Source of the DNA: Polyangiales bacterium
GTDB lineage: Bacteria > Myxococcota_A > Polyangia > Polyangiales > Polyangiaceae
Assembly: GCA_038231275.1 (NCBI GenBank)
Contig: JBBRLQ010000001.1
Coordinates: 288,001 to 352,000 of the forward strand
Direction of reading: 5' to 3'
DNA: 64,000 nucleotides
The first letter of the stretch is position 1; every line of letters starts with the position of its first letter. The translations under genes were made by a program, and so were the position numbers. The notes beneath the pieces were generated by a model that did not search any database, was not told the DNA's origin, and saw only the letters and a program-made list of their open reading frames with translations. Shown here in pieces: positions 27,472-42,544 of the stretch.

Positions 27472-28188
27472 CTAGTAGAGGTGAAACTCGGGGTGACGGA
27501 CGAGGCCGTAGCAAACGTTCGCCCACGCGACCTCGTCTGCAGAGAGGCGCGGCTTGCCCGGCGCGGCGGCGTGGCGTTTGTGGACGTCCTCGTAGAGCTT
27601 GAAGAAGCGCGCGGTGCGATCGGTGGGCGCGAGCTTGGCGGGGTACGCGAGAAAGGTGCGATGCAGCACGTCGAAGCGCGTCTCGAACGCGGCTTTGTCG
27701 AGCGTGGCACCCGAAGGCGGGATCTCGAAGGCAAAGACGACGCGCTCGTTCACCGGCGGTTTTGCCTTCAAATCGTGCTCGACCGCGCGATCGCACAAGG
27801 CGACGCCGAGGCGCTCGAAGGTGGCGACCATGAGGGCGTTGGTCTGTTGGCTTCGCGGCATGTCGATGCGGTAGTCGGGGAAGCCGAGCGATGCGAAGTA
27901 GTCGTCCCACGTGTCGAAGAGCTGCGCGCCGTCGGCCCCGCGCGCGCGCTTTTGCACCTCGAGCGGCGCGAGGCCGCCGAAGAGCGTGAGGTACGTACGC
28001 ATGTACGCCTCGGCGGGGACCATGCGCAGCTCCTCCTTCGGCGCGGAGTCTTGCGTCGTCGTCGAGGTCACCGTCAGCTTCGGGCCGACCTCGGGCGGCA
28101 CGATCTCTTTCGGCCCGCACGCGACCGCCACCGTCGCGACGGCCGCGAGCGACGCGAGAGCGAGCGCGGCGCGATGGGCGCGATTCAC
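27472..28188 (-). CDS. Hypothetical lipoprotein in the DUF1501 operon
   Basis: GTG start overlaps the upstream TGA; lipobox AVAC; ends VCYGLVRHPEFHLY. Confidence 0.8.
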   Translation of the reverse strand: MNRAHRAALALASLAAVATVAVACGPKEIVPPEVGPKLTVTSTTTQDSAPKEELRMVPAEAYMRTYLTLFGGLAPLEVQKRARGADGAQLFDTWDDYFASLGFPDYRIDMPRSQQTNALMVATFERLGVALCDRAVEHDLKAKPPVNERVVFAFEIPPSGATLDKAAFETRFDVLHRTFLAYPAKLAPTDRTARFFKLYEDVHKRHAAAPGKPRLSADEVAWANVCYGLVRHPEFHLY

Positions 28189-30122
28189 TTCGCACCTCCG
28201 CGCCACACCGACGAGTCGAGGTTGTTCGCGTGGCGGTACGCGTTGCTCTTCAAGATGGCGCGCACCAGCGGGCGCATGCGGTAGCCGTCTTTCTTGAACC
28301 CCGCGACGAGATCGCCGACGAGCGGTCCGTCGTCGGTGGTGAGCGTGCGTCCCAGGAACGAGCCGGCGACGCGCTGCACTGCGCACTCCGCGAACTCGGG
28401 CATCTGCACGATGTCGTGCCCCGCACCGGCCGGCGTCGCGTCGGCGTGGGCGGGCGAACCGTACGCGCTCCTCAAAGTGGCGCCCGCAGCGTCGGCGAAG
28501 GACACGTCGTAGAACGCGTCGCAGAAGCCTGGCAGCTTTCCGTTCGGGCCCTTCTTGCACTTCTCGTTCTTCACGGGGAAGAGCTGCTGCGGCAAGAAGA
28601 CGAGGTTCCCGGGCTCGATGCGCGAGAAGTACGCGGCGAGCGGCTCGAGTGTCGCGTGGCAGTTGGAGCATCCCGGCCGCACCATCAGGTTCGGCTCGGT
28701 CGACGGCATCAGCTCCGCGTTCTCGCTCGAGAACGACTTGCAGAGGAACGCGGTGTACAGCGTGGCCCCGCGCGCGCGCGCCGACGCGTACTTCTCCAGG
28801 AACATCGGCGTCGTCAGGAGCCCCGCGGCGTGCGGCCCTCGATCGGGCACCACTTTCCACGCGCGCACGTCGTGCGGGAAGAGCTCGGTCGGCACGTTCG
28901 CCGGCAAAAACAGCGGCTCCGTCTCCTGCACCATCCCGAAGTTGGCCTCGCCGCCGCAGCAGTTTCCCGGCTGAATCGCGCGGTAAAACTGCGCGAGCGG
29001 CCCGTTGATGACGCTGTAGCGCGCGGTCAGAACTTCTCGAAAATCACGGTCGGCGCCGAAGAGGTACGCGAGAAAATGCTCCGCCTCTTGTGACCACCAG
29101 AACGGGTACCACCGCTGCGCTTGCTGCCGCGCGCTGTCGATCGGCTGATCGAGCCCGAGCGGGATGTGGTTCGGAAAATAGAACGCGGCGCCGCCGGCCT
29201 GATCGCTCTCGTTCGGCAAGCAGTGCTCGAGGGCGACGCCGCACCCGCACTCGGTCGACGACTCGACGGCGAGCTTGCTCTGGCACGAGATGACCTCGTC
29301 CTTGTGTTGCTTGGCGTAGGCCGAATCGAGCGGGAGCGGACGCGTGCGCCCGTTCGGCATCGGCGCCCCCTTCGGCGGGGGCGTGCGGCCGGTGACGTAG
29401 ACATGCCCGGTCGTCATCGTCTGCGCCTCCTCGCGGCAGACGCGGATCTCCATCGTGGGCTTGCCGTCCGGGTCGTTCAGCAGCGACTCGACGGGCTGGT
29501 AGGTCGGATCGGGATCGTCCCACCCCATCTTGTAGCGACGCGTCGGTTGCGTGCTGAGGTAGTCGCGATAGAGCCACCACGGCTTCACCAGCACGGTGTG
29601 CTGCTCGAGCACCGCCTTCGACACCGGCTTCATCTCGGCCGGGTTCTTCGGCTGCATGCGCGCGGCGATCTCTACGCCGGTCTCTTCCTTCGTCAGGCAG
29701 AACTCGCCGTCGGTCTCTTCGCGCGTCCGTCGTTGGCGCGCGCGGAAGTAGACCCACACCGGCTTCTTGTCGTGGCCAAGGATCTGGTGGCGGTAGAGCG
29801 TCGTCGCGTCCGGCGCGAACTGCGTCGACGGGCTCGGCGCGAGGCGCAGCACGTCCATGTACACGCGCGACAGGCGATCGGTGTACGTGCCGCCCTCGAG
29901 GTGCCCCTCGATCCACGCGTCGAGCGAGAAACCGGGCTTCTCGAACGCGGCGACCTCGTCACGCGTGGGCATGCGGCCGAGCAGATCGATCGCGACGGCG
30001 CGAAAGTGCCGGTAGTCGTCGAGCGATGGGGCCGGCGCCGCGGCGTCCGCGCGCGAGGCGGGAACGAACGCGAGCGCAATGGGGAGCGCGAAGACGAATA
30101 AGAAGAGGCGGAGCGTTCGCAT
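28185..30122 (-). CDS. DUF1549/DUF1588/DUF1585-like secreted protein with CxxCH
   Basis: RAVAIDLLGRMPT, HAAGLLTT, CSNCHATLEP, FAECAVQR..FLGR..LVRAILKSNAYR. Confidence 0.8.
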   Translation of the reverse strand: MRTLRLFLFVFALPIALAFVPASRADAAAPAPSLDDYRHFRAVAIDLLGRMPTRDEVAAFEKPGFSLDAWIEGHLEGGTYTDRLSRVYMDVLRLAPSPSTQFAPDATTLYRHQILGHDKKPVWVYFRARQRRTREETDGEFCLTKEETGVEIAARMQPKNPAEMKPVSKAVLEQHTVLVKPWWLYRDYLSTQPTRRYKMGWDDPDPTYQPVESLLNDPDGKPTMEIRVCREEAQTMTTGHVYVTGRTPPPKGAPMPNGRTRPLPLDSAYAKQHKDEVISCQSKLAVESSTECGCGVALEHCLPNESDQAGGAAFYFPNHIPLGLDQPIDSARQQAQRWYPFWWSQEAEHFLAYLFGADRDFREVLTARYSVINGPLAQFYRAIQPGNCCGGEANFGMVQETEPLFLPANVPTELFPHDVRAWKVVPDRGPHAAGLLTTPMFLEKYASARARGATLYTAFLCKSFSSENAELMPSTEPNLMVRPGCSNCHATLEPLAAYFSRIEPGNLVFLPQQLFPVKNEKCKKGPNGKLPGFCDAFYDVSFADAAGATLRSAYGSPAHADATPAGAGHDIVQMPEFAECAVQRVAGSFLGRTLTTDDGPLVGDLVAGFKKDGYRMRPLVRAILKSNAYRHANNLDSSVWRGGAK

Positions 30123-30288
30123 CGTGGTGGGATTCTCGTGGATGGACGGGGACCGGCTCAAACTCATTCGCTCGGACGAGCTTGAAATCGTACCGGTTTC
30201 GGTGATCGGAAGGATCACTCGACCGTGCACGCTTCGATCACACCGGGACAACCTTTCTCGTTGCGACGGCGCGCCCCCGTGCTAGCAA

Positions 30289-30308
30289 GTCACTCACGTC
30301 TGAGTGAC
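30289..30308. promoter_or_regulatory. Perfect 8-bp inverted repeat upstream of the GH15 gene
   Basis: GTCACTCA-CGTC-TGAGTGAC, 30 bp before the ATG. Confidence 0.5.
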
Positions 30309-30337
30309 GCTTCGCCGCCGAGGAGCCGAGAGCCGAG

Positions 30338-32701
30338 ATGTTCAGCCGCCGCTTGCTCGGCCCCGGGGTGATCGCCGCCGCCGTCTCCTTCTGCGCCGCG
30401 TTCTGCGCCGCGCGCGACGCAGGCGCCGCGACGCGTTCTTACAACCAGCTCACGACGGGCAACGGCCACGGCTTTTCGGTCTGGGACGCGCAGGCGAAGA
30501 AGCTGACGACGTTCCTCGAGCACCCGTACCGCTACGTCGGACCTGGCGCGAGCCCGCAAGGCGAAGGCATCAGCCGGCGCAACCTCGCCTACGATTTCTA
30601 TTTCGGCATCAAGGCGCCGGGCGGTCAGGGATGGCTCACCGCCGGCACCGCAGGCGAGCCGGAGTACGTCGATCAATCGAACATCGTCCACGCACCGATC
30701 ACGTATGCAGGTGTGACTGCGGACACGTACGTGCTCGCGCCGTTCGGGTACGAGGGCAACGCGACGATCGCGCTCCTCCACGCGCCGGGCGCGACCGACG
30801 GCTTCGCGCTCTTCAATTTCCACATGGGCGGCGCGCCGGGCGACCTGAACCCCGGCGCCAACAGCGAGTCGCTCCGCGCGTCCGGCGCGGACGCAATCGT
30901 GGAGACCGGCCCCGGCGGCGGCGCGATGGTGTACGTGGCGCTCGGCGGCGCCGATCACCGCGACTGCGCGACGCCCTACGCGAAGGTGAGCGGCGGGCAG
31001 GATCTCGGCGATCAGCCGGCGTGCACGGGCGACGACTCGGTCACCGCCTTCCAGAAGAAGCTCGGCGCCGACGGATGGCTCGGCGTCGCGATGCAGTTCG
31101 TGAGCGACGCGTCGCAAGCCGACGCCACCGCGCAAGCGCTGCGATCCTGGGCGAACGGCCGCGCGCCCGACGCGATCCTGAAGGACGCGCGCGCAGAGTT
31201 CGAAGGTTGGCGCAAGCCGCCGCCCGACGGTGCCGCGTGCAGCAGCGACGAGACGAAGGTGTGGCGCCAGAGCGAGGCCGTCCTCCGAATGGGACAAGTG
31301 CGCGAGCCGAACACGGGCACGCGCAAGAGCCACGGCATGATCGTCGCCGCGCTTCCGGTCGGGGAGTGGCACACCGGCTGGGTCCGCGACGGGCAGTACG
31401 CCACCGTCGCCCTCGCGCGAATGGGCCACGTCGCCGAAGCGAAGATGTCGCTCGACTTCTTCCTCAACGCCACGCCGGTCGCAAAGTACAAGTCGTACGT
31501 CTCGAACGTCGACTACCGCATCTCGGTGTGCCGCTACTTCGGCAGCGGCGAAGAAGAAGCGGACTACTCGGGTCAAGCGTCGCCCAACGTCGAGATGGAC
31601 GGTTGGGGCATGTTCATGTGGACGGCGCGCCAGTACGTCGAGGCGAGCGGCGACACGGCGTGGCTCGCCGCCGCGACCGGCCTCGGCCCCACGGCGTACC
31701 AGGCGATCCGCACCGGCGTCGCCGACGCGCTCGAAGCGAACCTCGAGGCCAGCGGCATCGTGAAGGCCGAGAGCGGCCCGTGGGAGGTCCACGATCAGAA
31801 CAAGAAACACTTCGCGTACACGACGCTCGCCGCCGCGCGCGGTTTTTGCGACATGGCAACGCTCGCGCAGAAATCCGGCGACGCCGCGAACGTCGCCAAA
31901 TACCAGGCGCTCGCCGCCAAAGTGAAGACCGGCCTCCTCGGGGCGATCACCGATCAAGACGGCGCGATCGGCGGCTCGGTCGAAGGGATCCGCGCGAACA
32001 AATACACGGACGGCGCGGCGGCCGAGGCGTTCGGGTGGAATGTGCTCGACGACTGGAAGGGGCAGAACGCGGCCGCGACGCTGAAGCTCTTCGATCGCCT
32101 GAAGGTCCCCACCGGTGGACTCAAGCGAAACGACGACGCGCTCTCGACGTACGACGATCAAGAGTGGGGCTTCATCGATCTTCGTGTGTCGAACGCGCTG
32201 CGCCGCGGCGGACGGACCGCCGACGCCGACGCGCTCGTATCGCTCGTCGTGCAGCGCGCGGCGGCGAATTTTTATTTGATCCCCGAGCTCTACGACGCGC
32301 TCGCGCAAGGCGCCGCGCTCGGCAACTACACGGGCGCGGTGCCGATGGTGGGCTTCGGCGCGGGCGCGTACGTGATGACGATGCTCGATCGCGCGGGCAA
32401 GATCGAGCCGAACGACTGCGCCGACGGCAAGGGGCACACGCTGCCGCTCGTGACATGCAACGGGCCGGTCCCCGACGCCGGTGCGACCGACGCGGCGACC
32501 GAGGGCGGCGTGATCGTTCCTCCGCTGCTCGACGCGGGAGGTGGCGGCATCGACGGCGGCGGCACCGGTGCGGCACCGACGCCAGCGGGCGGCGGATGCG
32601 GATGCAACGTGCCCGGCGGTGGCGACCGCGGACCGATTGCGCTCGCCCTCGGAACGCTCGCGCTCGCGCTCGCCGTGTCACGCCGACGCACGCGCAGATA
32701 G
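30338..32701 (+). CDS. GH15/glucoamylase-like glycoside hydrolase with MYXO-CTERM anchor
   Basis: WVRDG, VEMDG, GPWE, HFAYT, IPELY; C-terminal GCGCNV, hydrophobic helix, RRR. Confidence 0.8.
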   Translation: MFSRRLLGPGVIAAAVSFCAAFCAARDAGAATRSYNQLTTGNGHGFSVWDAQAKKLTTFLEHPYRYVGPGASPQGEGISRRNLAYDFYFGIKAPGGQGWLTAGTAGEPEYVDQSNIVHAPITYAGVTADTYVLAPFGYEGNATIALLHAPGATDGFALFNFHMGGAPGDLNPGANSESLRASGADAIVETGPGGGAMVYVALGGADHRDCATPYAKVSGGQDLGDQPACTGDDSVTAFQKKLGADGWLGVAMQFVSDASQADATAQALRSWANGRAPDAILKDARAEFEGWRKPPPDGAACSSDETKVWRQSEAVLRMGQVREPNTGTRKSHGMIVAALPVGEWHTGWVRDGQYATVALARMGHVAEAKMSLDFFLNATPVAKYKSYVSNVDYRISVCRYFGSGEEEADYSGQASPNVEMDGWGMFMWTARQYVEASGDTAWLAAATGLGPTAYQAIRTGVADALEANLEASGIVKAESGPWEVHDQNKKHFAYTTLAAARGFCDMATLAQKSGDAANVAKYQALAAKVKTGLLGAITDQDGAIGGSVEGIRANKYTDGAAAEAFGWNVLDDWKGQNAAATLKLFDRLKVPTGGLKRNDDALSTYDDQEWGFIDLRVSNALRRGGRTADADALVSLVVQRAAANFYLIPELYDALAQGAALGNYTGAVPMVGFGAGAYVMTMLDRAGKIEPNDCADGKGHTLPLVTCNGPVPDAGATDAATEGGVIVPPLLDAGGGGIDGGGTGAAPTPAGGGCGCNVPGGGDRGPIALALGTLALALAVSRRRTRR

Positions 32702-32746
32702 CGGGAAATTCAAGCGCAAAGCTGCATTCTGGTACGCTCGCACGTG

Positions 32747-34351
32747 ATGGCCGTTGGCGGGAGCAACGATCCTCGGATCGGCACGGTCCTCAAGGACAAG
32801 TGGAGGGTGGACGCGCGTCTCGGGCGCGGCGGCGTCGCCACCGTCTACGCCGCGACCCACCGCAACGGCGACCGCGTCGCCATCAAGGTCCTGAACCGCG
32901 AGGTCGCGCGCAACCCCGACATTCGCGGCCGATTCTTGCGCGAAGGCTACGCCGCCAACGCCGTCGCGCACCCCGGCGTCGTGCGCGTCCTCGACGACGA
33001 CACCACTCCCGAGGGCCAACCCTTCCTCGTCATGGATCTGCTCACCGGTGAGCTCGTCGACGCGCGGCGCATCCGCAAGGGCGGGCGACTGCCGCTCATC
33101 GAAGTGCTGCGCATCGGCGATCAGGTCCTCGACGTGCTGGCGGCCGCGCACGAGAAGGGGATCATCCACCGCGACATCAAGCCGGAGAACATTTTCCTCT
33201 GCGAGTCGGGCGAGGTGAGGGTCCTCGACTTCGGGATCGCGCGGATGCGTCAGGCGGCGGCGCAGGAGCTGACGGCAACTGGGATGCTCCTCGGCACGCC
33301 GGAGTTCATGTCACCGGAGCAGGCGAACGGCATCCAGGGCGCGGTGGATTTCCAGACCGACATCTGGGCGACCGGCGCGACGCTCTTCACGCTTCTCTCC
33401 GGCGAGGCGGTCCACGAGGCGGCGACCACGACCGCGCAGCTGCTCGCGACGGTCACGCGGCCGGCGCGCTCGCTGGCGTCGGTGACCCATGATTTGCCGG
33501 GCGCGGTCGTCGACGTGGTCGACCAGGCGCTCGCCTACGACAAGCAGGCGCGGTGGCCGAACGCGCGGGCGATGCAGCGCGCGCTGTCCGAGGCGGGCCG
33601 CGGAATCCTCACGGGCGACTCGTCGTACGCGGCGGTGCTGCGGCGCCCGGTCGTGGATCTCTCGAACGTCCAGGGGCCGATCAGCGACGACAGCACCACC
33701 GCCGCGCGCATCATGCCGATCCCGTCGAGCGAGCCGCCCGTGCCGTCGTCGGAATCCTTCCCGACGCACCCGCGACCGATGAACCGGCGGCCCGTGGACG
33801 AAGACGCGATGACCGTCGCCGAATCGCGGCCTCCGGTCTCGCCGCCGACGCGAACGGACGTGGACCTCCGCGGCGTGCCTCGCCTCCAAGCCGACGCCGT
33901 CCCAGTCTCCGAGGACGCGCCGACCCGCGTGGTCGCCGCCTATGCTCCCGAGCCCGAGGCCCCGACGCGCGTGTCGCCGCGTCAGGCCGACATGATGAAG
34001 ACGCTCCAGTACCACCCGCCCGCGGCGCCTCGTGGGGACGGCCCACGCCGGCCAAACGCCCACGACGACGAACCGATACCGCAGAGCAAGACGAGCGTGA
34101 TGCTCTCGCCGCCGATGTCCGCGCCCGTGCAGCTAGGCCTCGCCGACACGACCCGCATGCCCGCGCCCGAGCCGGCGTCGATGGGGGGCTTCATCCTCAA
34201 GAAGCGGCAACCTGCGCAGAGCGAGGTCCCGACCGTGAAGGCGCGCGCTCCCCGGAGCAGCGCGTGGACGAAGATCGCGATCGGCGTGGGCGTCGGAGTC
34301 CTGGTCTTGTGGGTGCTCCTCGTCGTCGTGCTGCGCGCCCTCTTTCGTTAG
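32747..34351 (+). CDS. Ser/Thr protein kinase with Pro-rich linker and C-terminal TM helix
   Basis: LGRGGVATVY, VAIK, HRDIKPEN, DFG, GTPEFMSPE. Confidence 0.95.
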   Translation: MAVGGSNDPRIGTVLKDKWRVDARLGRGGVATVYAATHRNGDRVAIKVLNREVARNPDIRGRFLREGYAANAVAHPGVVRVLDDDTTPEGQPFLVMDLLTGELVDARRIRKGGRLPLIEVLRIGDQVLDVLAAAHEKGIIHRDIKPENIFLCESGEVRVLDFGIARMRQAAAQELTATGMLLGTPEFMSPEQANGIQGAVDFQTDIWATGATLFTLLSGEAVHEAATTTAQLLATVTRPARSLASVTHDLPGAVVDVVDQALAYDKQARWPNARAMQRALSEAGRGILTGDSSYAAVLRRPVVDLSNVQGPISDDSTTAARIMPIPSSEPPVPSSESFPTHPRPMNRRPVDEDAMTVAESRPPVSPPTRTDVDLRGVPRLQADAVPVSEDAPTRVVAAYAPEPEAPTRVSPRQADMMKTLQYHPPAAPRGDGPRRPNAHDDEPIPQSKTSVMLSPPMSAPVQLGLADTTRMPAPEPASMGGFILKKRQPAQSEVPTVKARAPRSSAWTKIAIGVGVGVLVLWVLLVVVLRALFR

Positions 34352-34430
34352 GCAAAGACCGGCATTTTTGCGGGTTTTTGCGCGTCATTTTGCTAGCGCG
34401 ACGCGTCATCGTGACGCATAGTTCCGCCCG

Positions 34431-38824
<4,394 letters not shown>

Positions 38825-38825
<1 letters not shown>

Positions 38826-40276
38826 TGGGCAACCCCCGAGGGTTCCTCGAGCACGCGCGCGAGACGGACGACGATCGAAAGATCGCCGAACGCGTGAAGG
38901 ACTGGCGGGAGGTCGGGCTCCCTGCCGAGCCCGCGCGCCTTCGCCAGCAAGCGTCGCGGTGCATGGATTGCGGGATCCCGTTCTGCCACAGCGGCTGTCC
39001 GCTCGGGAACCTCATCCCCGAGTGGAACGATCTGGTGAGCGCTGGCAATTTCGATCGCGCGGCCGAGCGCCTGCACGCGACCAACAATTTTCCGGAGATC
39101 ACCGGACGGGTGTGCCCGGCGCCGTGCGAGGCGGCGTGCGTGCTCAACCTCGAAGAGCAACCGGTCACGATCAAGGCCGTCGAGCACGCCATCGCCGATC
39201 ACATCCTGTCTCGGCCGCTCGAGCCGGTCCTCGCGGCGGCGCGGAGCGGAAAGCGCGTCGCCGTCGTCGGCTCGGGCCCCGCCGGCCTCGCGTGCGCGCA
39301 GGAGCTCGCGCGCGCGGGGCACGACGTGACGCTCTTCGAACGAGACGATCGCGTCGGCGGCCTCCTTCGCTACGGCATCCCGGACTTCAAGATGGAAAAG
39401 GAGATCCTGGACCGGCGCGTCGCGCAGATGGTGGCGGAGGGAGTCACGTTCGCCGTCGCCACGAGCCCGACGGCCGCCCAGCTCCGGGCGTTCGACGCGA
39501 CGGTGCTCGCGATGGGCGCGCGTGTGGCGCGTGATCTTCGAGTGCCCGGCCGTGAGCTGGACGGTGTCCACTTCGCGATGGATTTTCTCACGCAGCAGAA
39601 CCGGCGTGTCGCGGGCGACGTGGTCCCCGACGCAGGCGCGATCGTCGCGACCGGCAAACACGTGATCGTCATCGGCGGCGGCGACACCGGCTCGGACTGC
39701 GTCGGGACGTCCATCCGCCAGGGCGCGGCGAAGGTGCTTCAGCTCGAGTTGATGCCGAAGCCGAGCCTGGTCCGAATGCCGCAAAATCCGTGGCCCGAGT
39801 GGCCGCTCGTCTTGCGAACCTCGTCGTCGCAAGAAGAAGGCGCGGAGCGCGACTGGGCGGTGTCGACCACTGCGCTGCACGGGAAGGACGGACGGGTCAC
39901 GGAGCTGGAGGCGGCGCGCGTGCGGCTCGTGAACGGACGCGCCGAGCCGCTCGAAGGCGCCGCGCCAATCACGCTGACGTGCGAGCTCGTGCTCCTCGCG
40001 ATGGGGTTCACGGGACCGGAGAAGGCGGGGCTCGTCGACGAGCTCGGCGTCGCCCTCGACGCGCGAGGCAATGTAATCTCTGACGCGAGCGGCCGAACGA
40101 GCGTGCCCGCCGTCTTCGCCGCCGGCGACGCGTCGCGCGGTCAATCGCTCGTGGTGTGGGCGATCGCGGACGGCCGCCGCGTCGCGCGCGGCGTGGACGC
40201 GAACCTCCGCGCGGGCGCCCGCGGAATGCGGCTCGTTGGTCAGAACAGCGCGACCTTCGGGGAGACGCTCAGATAG
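38825..40276 (+). CDS. gltD: Glutamate synthase small subunit
   Basis: TGATG coupling to gltB; RCMDCGIPFC, GRVCPAPCE, GSGPAG, GGGDTGSDC. Confidence 0.97.
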
Positions 40277-41034
40277 CCGCCGTAGCGGTCGCCGCCAGAG
40301 AGCACTCCGACGAGCCCGGTCACCGAGAGATCGAGCCACGACGCCGCCGCCCAAACGAGGCCGGCGGTCGACGTCAGCTGGTTTTTTTCGGGGCTCACGA
40401 ACGTGACGCTGCTCACGTCGGCGGCGATCGAGAAGACTCCGGCTTCATCCAAGTCGACGCTCAGATCGACGCCGACGAGGAGCGCGGTCGGACGCTGGCG
40501 CGAGATCGCCGCGCCTGGCTCGACGAGGCCGCCGACGTTGAGCACGCCGTGCACGCGCTTGATCGAGCGCCCCAAGAGCCCGAGCGCCTGGAAGCCTGCG
40601 CCGCGCGCGCCAGGGGCGAGGGCGACGCGCGGTCCGAGCTGCACGCCCGCCGCCCACGCGTCCCCGTCGTCGTGATCGTCTCCTCGCGTGTCGAACAGCC
40701 CGACCTTCGACGACAGCCAGATGTTGTCCGGCGCGCGATGGTCGAGCGCGAAGAGGCGATCGGGCGTCCCCTCGATCGCCCACGCGCCGTCGATGCCCAG
40801 CTCGACGTTCGAGGTGAGCCCGACGTCGACGTCGAAGTCTGGCGCGAGCCAGCGCCCCGCCTGTTCTCCGCGCACGACCCCGAACGCCATATCAGCGTGG
40901 ACGACGCCCGGCTTCTCGAGCTCCAGATCGTCGGGATCGAAGCGACGCCGAACGATCTGCGCCGACGCGTCGCCCGCCGCCATGGCGAGCGCGAAGGCGA
41001 GCAGCACGAACGGAGCGCGGCGGGGTTGCGGCAG
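40240..41034 (-). CDS. Putative outer-membrane beta-barrel protein (start uncertain)
   Basis: Signal-like RRAPFVLLAFALAMAAGDASA; amphipathic strands; terminal Phe (KVALF). Confidence 0.6.
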   Translation of the reverse strand: MPQPRRAPFVLLAFALAMAAGDASAQIVRRRFDPDDLELEKPGVVHADMAFGVVRGEQAGRWLAPDFDVDVGLTSNVELGIDGAWAIEGTPDRLFALDHRAPDNIWLSSKVGLFDTRGDDHDDGDAWAAGVQLGPRVALAPGARGAGFQALGLLGRSIKRVHGVLNVGGLVEPGAAISRQRPTALLVGVDLSVDLDEAGVFSIAADVSSVTFVSPEKNQLTSTAGLVWAAASWLDLSVTGLVGVLSGGDRYGGYLSVSPKVALF

Positions 41035-41101
41035 ATCAACAGGGTACGCGTCTCGTCCGCTCGCGCGAGTTTCTCGCGGAATTCGTGCTAGATCTTCGGT
41101 C

Positions 41102-41593
41102 ATGGTCAGGTCCAAGGGCGCTCAGGTCCTCGCCGTCGTCGCTGCGGCGTTCGCGCTCGGCGCGTGCGCGAGGGAGACCGGGGAGCCGGTCAAGAAGGAC
41201 ACAGCGGCGCCAGTCGTGCAGAAGTCGAACCTCGCCTTGGGCGCGCCGATCCCGGCGGGAGCCCCCATGGTGTCACTCGCGGACGTCGCCAAGAACCCGG
41301 CCGCGTACGACGGCAAGAGCATCACCACGACCGGGACGGTCACAGCGGTCTGCCAGTCGATGGGCTGCTGGATGGAGATCAAAGACGACGCGAGCCAGGC
41401 GCACATCAAGATGGCGGGCCACGGCTTCTTCGTTCCCAAGACCGCGTCCGGCCACAAGGCCAAGGTGATGGCGACGCTCTCGAGCGGCGGCGACAGCTGC
41501 GCTGAGGACGACTGCAAGCCCGAAGGCGCCAAGGGTGGCGGCGCGAAGCTCGCGAAGCTTCAGCTCGTCGCCACCGGCGTCGAGCTCGACTGA
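41102..41593 (+). CDS. DUF4920 family lipoprotein
   Basis: Lipobox LGAC; VTAVCQSMGCWM...HGFFVPK. Confidence 0.85.
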   Translation: MVRSKGAQVLAVVAAAFALGACARETGEPVKKDTAAPVVQKSNLALGAPIPAGAPMVSLADVAKNPAAYDGKSITTTGTVTAVCQSMGCWMEIKDDASQAHIKMAGHGFFVPKTASGHKAKVMATLSSGGDSCAEDDCKPEGAKGGGAKLAKLQLVATGVELD

Positions 41594-41732
41594 CCGCGCG
41601 CCTCCTCTAGGCCTGGACCGAGCTCGCCGGCGTGCGGCGGTCTTGCAGACTGCAAACAGAACCGCCTCGCCTGGAGCCGCCTGCGCGGCGCCGAAATCCT
41701 CGTAACGTCGAAGGAGACGGCGCCAAGCGCGG

Positions 41733-41748
41733 GGGTACGCGAATTGCG
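41733..41748 (+). promoter_or_regulatory. Possible sigma54 promoter
   Basis: GGGTAC-GCGAA-TTGCG, then SD GAGGGA and ATG at 41770. Confidence 0.45.
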
Positions 41749-41769
41749 AGGTGAGCCCGCGAGGGACCC

Positions 41770-42528
41770 ATGATCCGCCGAAGAATCGCGTCGATCGTCC
41801 TCGCGCTCGTGGTTGGATGCGACACGACCGCGAACGACGCCGCCGACGGGGGCGCCGCCGACGGCCCCGCGGGGGTCACGCACGGCGATGGCTCGGCCGA
41901 CGACGGATCTGGACCTGGAGAAGCTGGCCCAGAGGCCTCGTCGGGCGACGCAACCCTGCCCGACGCCGCGATCGTCGCCGACGCGGGCGACGCAGGCGAC
42001 GCGGGCGACGCGCGGGTGAACGACGCGGGCGCGGATGCGCGCGACACCGGCACGATCGTCGACGGGAGCGGCTTCTTCGACGCGTCGGGCGACGACGCGG
42101 GGACGTGCAACACCATCGCCAACCCGGCGCCGCAGGTCGCGCAGGTGGACGTCGCCACAGCGCGCCCCGCAGCCACCGGCGGCAACATCATCGACGGGAC
42201 GTATTACAAGTCGCAAGACGTCAACTACACCGGCGCCGGCGGCTCCGCGGGACTCACTGGGTACGTCGTGCGTGAGACGCTGCTCGTGACGAATGCCGCA
42301 ACGGGTACGGCGCTCCTCACGTCGGTATTCGCCGACAACAACGGCACCACCACCGAGCGCCTCACGATGTCGCCGACGACAGGCGGCGGCGCGACGATCC
42401 TAACGTTCGTGTGCCCCGCGTTTGGTCCGAGCCCGACGTCGTACAACGTTCGCGTGGGGGCCGCGGGCCAAGTGCAGCTCGACATCTACATCTCGACCGA
42501 CCGCATCGAGACCTTCACGCGCCAGTAA
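41770..42528 (+). CDS. Hypothetical lipoprotein with DAG-rich linker
   Basis: Lipobox VVGC; DAGDAGDAGDA; ATGGNIIDGTYY. Confidence 0.8.
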   Translation: MIRRRIASIVLALVVGCDTTANDAADGGAADGPAGVTHGDGSADDGSGPGEAGPEASSGDATLPDAAIVADAGDAGDAGDARVNDAGADARDTGTIVDGSGFFDASGDDAGTCNTIANPAPQVAQVDVATARPAATGGNIIDGTYYKSQDVNYTGAGGSAGLTGYVVRETLLVTNAATGTALLTSVFADNNGTTTERLTMSPTTGGGATILTFVCPAFGPSPTSYNVRVGAAGQVQLDIYISTDRIETFTRQ

Positions 42529-42544
42529 GACGGGGAGCGCATCG

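Noticed and set aside
40240-40276. 37-bp convergent overlap of gltD with the next gene as a frameshift
   Set aside because: Both proteins look complete; short tail overlaps are common in GC-rich genomes (also 17596-17608).
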